DNA of 64,000 nucleotides from Escherichia coli (GTDB lineage Bacteria; Pseudomonadota; Gammaproteobacteria; Enterobacterales; Enterobacteriaceae): NCBI RefSeq assembly GCF_048403405.1, contig NZ_CP183129.1; one strand, 5' to 3'. Shown piece by piece: positions 58,349 to 64,000 of this stretch (position 1 is its first letter; each line of letters starts with the position of its first letter). The notes under the pieces were generated by a model. It saw only the letters and a program-made list of their open reading frames with translations, ran no database searches and was not told where the DNA came from. The position numbers and the translations under genes were made by a program.

Positions 58349-59125
58349 TCATTTGCTGCCGCTGGTGGCCGTATCGAGATGCACTACCGGGTTTTCTGCG
58401 AACAGATAGCGGTCGGCATTGAACTCGAAATCGTCGCTGGTTTCGTTAAATAACATGATTTTGGTGTTTTCCAGATGCTGCCACATTGCCAGCTTAGCAG
58501 CATGAGGATCTTTGCGAATTAACGCCTTGAGGATCTGATCGTGGTCATCGCACCAGTTATCGACAGTACGGGCATCAATGTGTTCGTGTAGTTTTTTCCA
58601 GTACGGGTTATGGCTACGTTGGGTCCACATTTTTTCCACGATAGCCGCCAGGGCGGAGTTCTGCGTCGCCAGGGCTACCTGAATGTGGAACTGCAAATCC
58701 CACTCGGAATCACGGAAGCATTGTTCGCCGCGCGCCTGCTCCTGGATGGCCATCAGTTTCATGATGTCCTGTTTCGTTACCTGAGTTGCCGCGAATTCGG
58801 CAATATTACTTTCGATGAGCTGGCGAGCCTGAAGCAACTCAAACGGACCGTAATTGGCGAATTCCATATTATTGTCAGCCGCCTGCTGATGGCGCGGCTG
58901 GTTGGAAACCACATGAATACCTGAACCTTTACGCACTTCGACATAGCCTTCAACTTCCAGCATGATGATGGCTTCACGAACCACGGTGCGGCTGACGTTT
59001 TTTTCATCGGCAATAAAGCGCTCAGCAGGCAGTTTATCACCCACCAGATAGACGCCCTGTTCGATGCGCTCTTTCAGATCAGCGGCAAGTTGTTGATACA
59101 AACGGCGTGGTTCAGTGATTTCCAT
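58349..59125 (-). CDS. exuR: GntR-family hexuronate regulon repressor ExuR
   Basis: ORF track 58349..59140; ATG giving [21 protein letters not shown]... (258 aa). Confidence 0.93.
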   Translation of the reverse strand: MEITEPRRLYQQLAADLKERIEQGVYLVGDKLPAERFIADEKNVSRTVVREAIIMLEVEGYVEVRKGSGIHVVSNQPRHQQAADNNMEFANYGPFELLQARQLIESNIAEFAATQVTKQDIMKLMAIQEQARGEQCFRDSEWDLQFHIQVALATQNSALAAIVEKMWTQRSHNPYWKKLHEHIDARTVDNWCDDHDQILKALIRKDPHAAKLAMWQHLENTKIMLFNETSDDFEFNADRYLFAENPVVHLDTATSGSK

Positions 59126-59194
59126 ATGCGCTCCAGGCATGATACGGCAGACTATATTTGTTATACCACTTTTGCGAGTTTAGCTCTACTCACA

Positions 59195-59228
59195 GTGATG
59201 AAAAAGCCGCCTGAGAAGGCGGCTTTGA
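59195..59228 (-). terminator. rho-independent terminator of exuT
   Basis: Hairpin AAGCCGCC-tgagaa-GGCGGCTT followed on the minus strand by a U-run. Confidence 0.55.
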
Positions 59229-59254
59229 AGGGAAACTAAAACTTACACGAAGCC

Positions 59255-60553
59255 TTAATGTTGCGGTGCGGGATCGTTATGTGATTCCTGCGCCACCTCA
59301 ATCGCCGGTTTGTTCTGCAACACGGTCCAGATAACCAGTGCACCTAACAGGTCGAACACTGCCAGAACTGCGAACAGCGGGCTGAAGCCGATGGTGTCAG
59401 CCAGTGCACCGACTACCAGTGCAAACAGCGTACTTGCCAGCCATGCGGACATCCCGGTTAAACCGTTCGCCGTCGCCACTTCGTTACGACCGAACACGTC
59501 AGAAGAGAGCGTAATCAGTGCGCCAGACAGTGCCTGGTGAGCAAAACCACCGATACACAGCAGCATAATCGCGACATACGGGTTGGTGAACAGACCGATC
59601 ATACCCGGGCCAATCATCAGCACCGCACCCAGCGTTACGACCATCTTACGGGAAACGATCAGGTTCACACCAAACCAACGCTGGAACAGCGGCGGCAGGT
59701 AACCACCGAGAATACAACCGAGGTCAGCAAATAGCATCGGCATCCAGGCAAACATCGCGATCTCTTTCAGGTTAAAGCCGTAAACTTTAAACATGAACAG
59801 CGGGATCCACGCGTTAAAAGTACCCCATGCCGGTTCTGCCAGGAAGCGCGGCAGCGCGATACCCCAGAACTGACGGTTACGCAGGATCTGACCAACGGAC
59901 ATTTTCTTCGCTGTGTCAACCTGGTGCTGGGCTTCCTGACCATTAATAATGTAGTCGCGTTCTTCATCGGTCAGATGCTTCTGGTCGCGCGGATGTTTAT
60001 AGAAAATCAGCCATGCCATCGCCCAGATAAAGCTCAATGCACCGGAGATGATAAATGCCATCTGCCAGCTGTGCATTACGATTGCCCATACCACCAGCGG
60101 CGGTGCAATCATCGCACCAATCGAAGAACCTACGTTAAAGTAACCTACCGCGATGGAACGCTCTTTCGCCGGGAACCATTCGGAGCTGGCTTTCAGACCC
60201 GCCGGGATCATCGCTGCTTCCGCGGCACCGACCGCACCACGAGCAACAGCCAGGCCGCCCCAGCTACCTGCCAGCGCGGTTGCACCACAGAACACGGCCC
60301 ACAGCACAGCAAACATTGCATAACCGATTTTCGTACCCAGCACATCCAGTACATAACCTGCTACCGGTTGCATGACCGTATAAGCAGCAGAATAGGCTGC
60401 GATGATATAGGAATACTGTTGGGTGGAGATGTTTAACTCTTCCATCAGAGTTGGCGCAGCTGCCGCCACAGTGTTACGCGTCAGGTAACCAAGCACGGTG
60501 CCGAGCGTCACCAGTGCGATCATATACCAACGTAACCCTTTAATTTTACGCAT
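59255..60553 (-). CDS. exuT: hexuronate MFS transporter ExuT
   Basis: ORF track 59255..60673 (472 aa); internal ATG gives MRKIKGLRWYMIALVTLGTV... (432 aa). Confidence 0.92.
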   Translation of the reverse strand: MRKIKGLRWYMIALVTLGTVLGYLTRNTVAAAAPTLMEELNISTQQYSYIIAAYSAAYTVMQPVAGYVLDVLGTKIGYAMFAVLWAVFCGATALAGSWGGLAVARGAVGAAEAAMIPAGLKASSEWFPAKERSIAVGYFNVGSSIGAMIAPPLVVWAIVMHSWQMAFIISGALSFIWAMAWLIFYKHPRDQKHLTDEERDYIINGQEAQHQVDTAKKMSVGQILRNRQFWGIALPRFLAEPAWGTFNAWIPLFMFKVYGFNLKEIAMFAWMPMLFADLGCILGGYLPPLFQRWFGVNLIVSRKMVVTLGAVLMIGPGMIGLFTNPYVAIMLLCIGGFAHQALSGALITLSSDVFGRNEVATANGLTGMSAWLASTLFALVVGALADTIGFSPLFAVLAVFDLLGALVIWTVLQNKPAIEVAQESHNDPAPQH

Positions 60554-60966
60554 GTAAAACCTCATCGTTTTGTTATATCCGCAGGAAGCGCGGCCATCAT
60601 CCCGCCAGAGGCTGAAGATGTTAGTTACGACCGGGTAACCGAAAAAAAACCGGCACGCCCCGAACGTTGCCATGAAAGTTTCGTGCTAATTCGGCTTCCG
60701 TACCGGTTAACCCGATTCATCTAACAAATGAATGAATCGGCAATTTGCATTCCGTCGACTTATGATTTGCGACGGCAGAAAGATAACTTGTCATACAACT
60801 TTAAAAGGTGAGAGCCATCACAAATGTGCGAATATTTGTAGGGACATTACCTGACGGCTACGAGGCCAGTACTGGCGCGGCCTGCAGCGAGATTTACCAC
60901 TTTGAGAGTAATTTTTTTAACTACGTTTATTGATCTAACTCACGAAAATATCTTCGGACTCTGTAA

Positions 60967-62448
<1,482 letters not shown>

Positions 62449-62462
62449 GGTCTGGGGTTGAT

Positions 62463-63950
62463 ATGCAATACATCAAGATCCATGCGCTGGATAACGTCGC
62501 GGTCGCTTTAGCGGATTTGGCTGAAGGCACAGAAGTCAGTGTCGATAACCAGACTGTTACGCTGCGCCAGGATGTTGCTCGTGGACATAAATTTGCGTTA
62601 ACGGATATCGCAAAAGGGGCCAACGTCATCAAATATGGCCTGCCGATTGGTTATGCATTGGCGGATATTGCGGCGGGGGAACACGTCCACGCCCACAATA
62701 CGCGCACGAATCTGAGCGATCTGGATCAGTATCGCTATCAACCTGATTTTCAGGATCTGCCTGCGCAAGCGGCAGATCGTGAAGTGCAGATCTATCGTCG
62801 CGCTAACGGCGATGTCGGGGTGCGCAATGAGCTGTGGATCCTGCCAACCGTGGGCTGTGTTAACGGCATCGCGCGGCAGATCCAGAACCGTTTCCTGAAA
62901 GAGACCAACAACGCCGAAGGTACTGACGGCGTGTTCCTCTTCAGCCACACCTACGGCTGCTCGCAGCTGGGCGACGATCACATCAATACCCGCACCATGC
63001 TGCAAAATATGGTGCGCCACCCGAACGCGGGCGCAGTGCTGGTGATTGGCCTGGGTTGTGAAAACAACCAGGTTGCCGCATTCCGTGAAACGCTGGGCGA
63101 TATCGATCCTGAACGCGTTCATTTCATGATCTGCCAACAGCAGGATGATGAGATCGAAGCCGGGATCGAGCATTTGCATCAGCTGTATAGCGTGATGCGC
63201 AACGATAAACGCGAACCGGGCAAACTCAGCGAACTGAAGTTTGGTCTGGAGTGTGGTGGTTCTGACGGTCTTTCTGGTATTACTGCTAACCCGATGCTGG
63301 GGCGTTTCTCTGACTACGTGATTGCTAACGGCGGTACTACCGTACTGACCGAAGTGCCGGAGATGTTTGGCGCAGAGCAGTTGCTGATGGACCATTGCCG
63401 CGACGAAGCAACGTTTGAAAAACTGGTCACCATGGTCAACGACTTCAAGCAGTACTTTATTGCCCATGACCAGCCGATCTATGAAAACCCATCGCCGGGG
63501 AACAAAGCGGGCGGTATCACCACGCTGGAAGACAAATCACTTGGCTGTACCCAGAAAGCGGGTTCCAGCGTCGTGGTTGACGTGCTGCGTTACGGTGAGC
63601 GTCTGAAAACGCCGGGGCTGAACTTGTTAAGTGCGCCGGGTAACGATGCCGTAGCGACCAGCGCCCTGGCGGGTGCGGGCTGCCATATGGTGCTGTTCAG
63701 TACTGGTCGCGGCACGCCATACGGCGGCTTTGTACCGACGGTGAAAATCGCCACCAACAGTGAACTGGCGGCGAAGAAAAAACACTGGATCGACTTTGAC
63801 GCGGGTCAGCTGATCCACGGTAAAGCGATGCCGCAGTTGCTGGAAGAATTTATCGACACCATCGTTGAGTTTGCCAATGGTAAACAAACCTGCAACGAGC
63901 GTAACGACTTCCGCGAACTGGCGATCTTCAAAAGCGGCGTAACGCTATAA
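62463..63950 (+). CDS. uxaA: altronate dehydratase UxaA
   Basis: ORF track 495 aa; recognised as UxaA; a terminator-like hairpin begins at the window end. Confidence 0.95.
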   Translation: MQYIKIHALDNVAVALADLAEGTEVSVDNQTVTLRQDVARGHKFALTDIAKGANVIKYGLPIGYALADIAAGEHVHAHNTRTNLSDLDQYRYQPDFQDLPAQAADREVQIYRRANGDVGVRNELWILPTVGCVNGIARQIQNRFLKETNNAEGTDGVFLFSHTYGCSQLGDDHINTRTMLQNMVRHPNAGAVLVIGLGCENNQVAAFRETLGDIDPERVHFMICQQQDDEIEAGIEHLHQLYSVMRNDKREPGKLSELKFGLECGGSDGLSGITANPMLGRFSDYVIANGGTTVLTEVPEMFGAEQLLMDHCRDEATFEKLVTMVNDFKQYFIAHDQPIYENPSPGNKAGGITTLEDKSLGCTQKAGSSVVVDVLRYGERLKTPGLNLLSAPGNDAVATSALAGAGCHMVLFSTGRGTPYGGFVPTVKIATNSELAAKKKHWIDFDAGQLIHGKAMPQLLEEFIDTIVEFANGKQTCNERNDFRELAIFKSGVTL

Positions 63951-64000
63951 AGTCGAAATGAGTTGTTAATAAAAAACGGCGTTTCATAATGTGAAGCGCC

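Noticed and set aside
58171-58422. 83-aa plus-strand ORF in the yqjA/exuR spacer overlapping the exuR 3' end
   Set aside because: Overlaps the exuR coding end and its terminator hairpin (about 58314-58337); no ribosome-binding site or recognisable domain
59255-60673. N-terminally extended versions of track ORFs (exuT 472 aa; also agaD, garK, yhbO, yraR, yqjE, yqjF, tdcF and others)
   Set aside because: Internal start codons reproduce the known N-termini and have better Shine-Dalgarno context; several of the extended ORFs begin at TTG or GTG and run through upstream regulatory DNA

Overview
This window reads as a contiguous stretch of Escherichia coli chromosome, from the 3' end of pnp through nlpI, deaD, mtr, the ubiT/ubiU/ubiV cluster, the aga/kba N-acetylgalactosamine cluster, prlF-yhaV, the gar genes, rnpB, the tdc operon, cyuPA, the yqj genes and exuR/exuT to uxaC-uxaA. 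It is in reverse orientation relative to K-12 MG1655 gene order. Identifications rest on recognising the translated ORFs and their synteny from memory; no database search was possible. I do not see a convincing undescribed system: no integrase, transposase, IS element, CRISPR array, tRNA or rRNA was found, and every gene falls in the expected E. coli order. The points most worth a second look are (1) the aga cluster is complete, including agaW-agaE-agaF and a full-length agaA, so the strain is not K-12; (2) yhaC appears broken into three ORFs by an in-frame TAG and a frameshift; (3) an AT-rich islet (yhaC-yhaB-tdcR) of unknown function sits between rnpB and tdcA; (4) tandem terminator-bearing repeats start inside the 3' end of rnpB; (5) a perfect 14-bp inverted repeat abuts the yhbW start codon. 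Gene coordinates derive from the ORF track, with start codons adjusted by arithmetic to the known N-termini and stop codons included. Hand-located motifs, hairpins and REP elements are approximate to a few nucleotides, because my manual indexing disagreed with the track by 1 nt in at least one place (around 18.4 kb).
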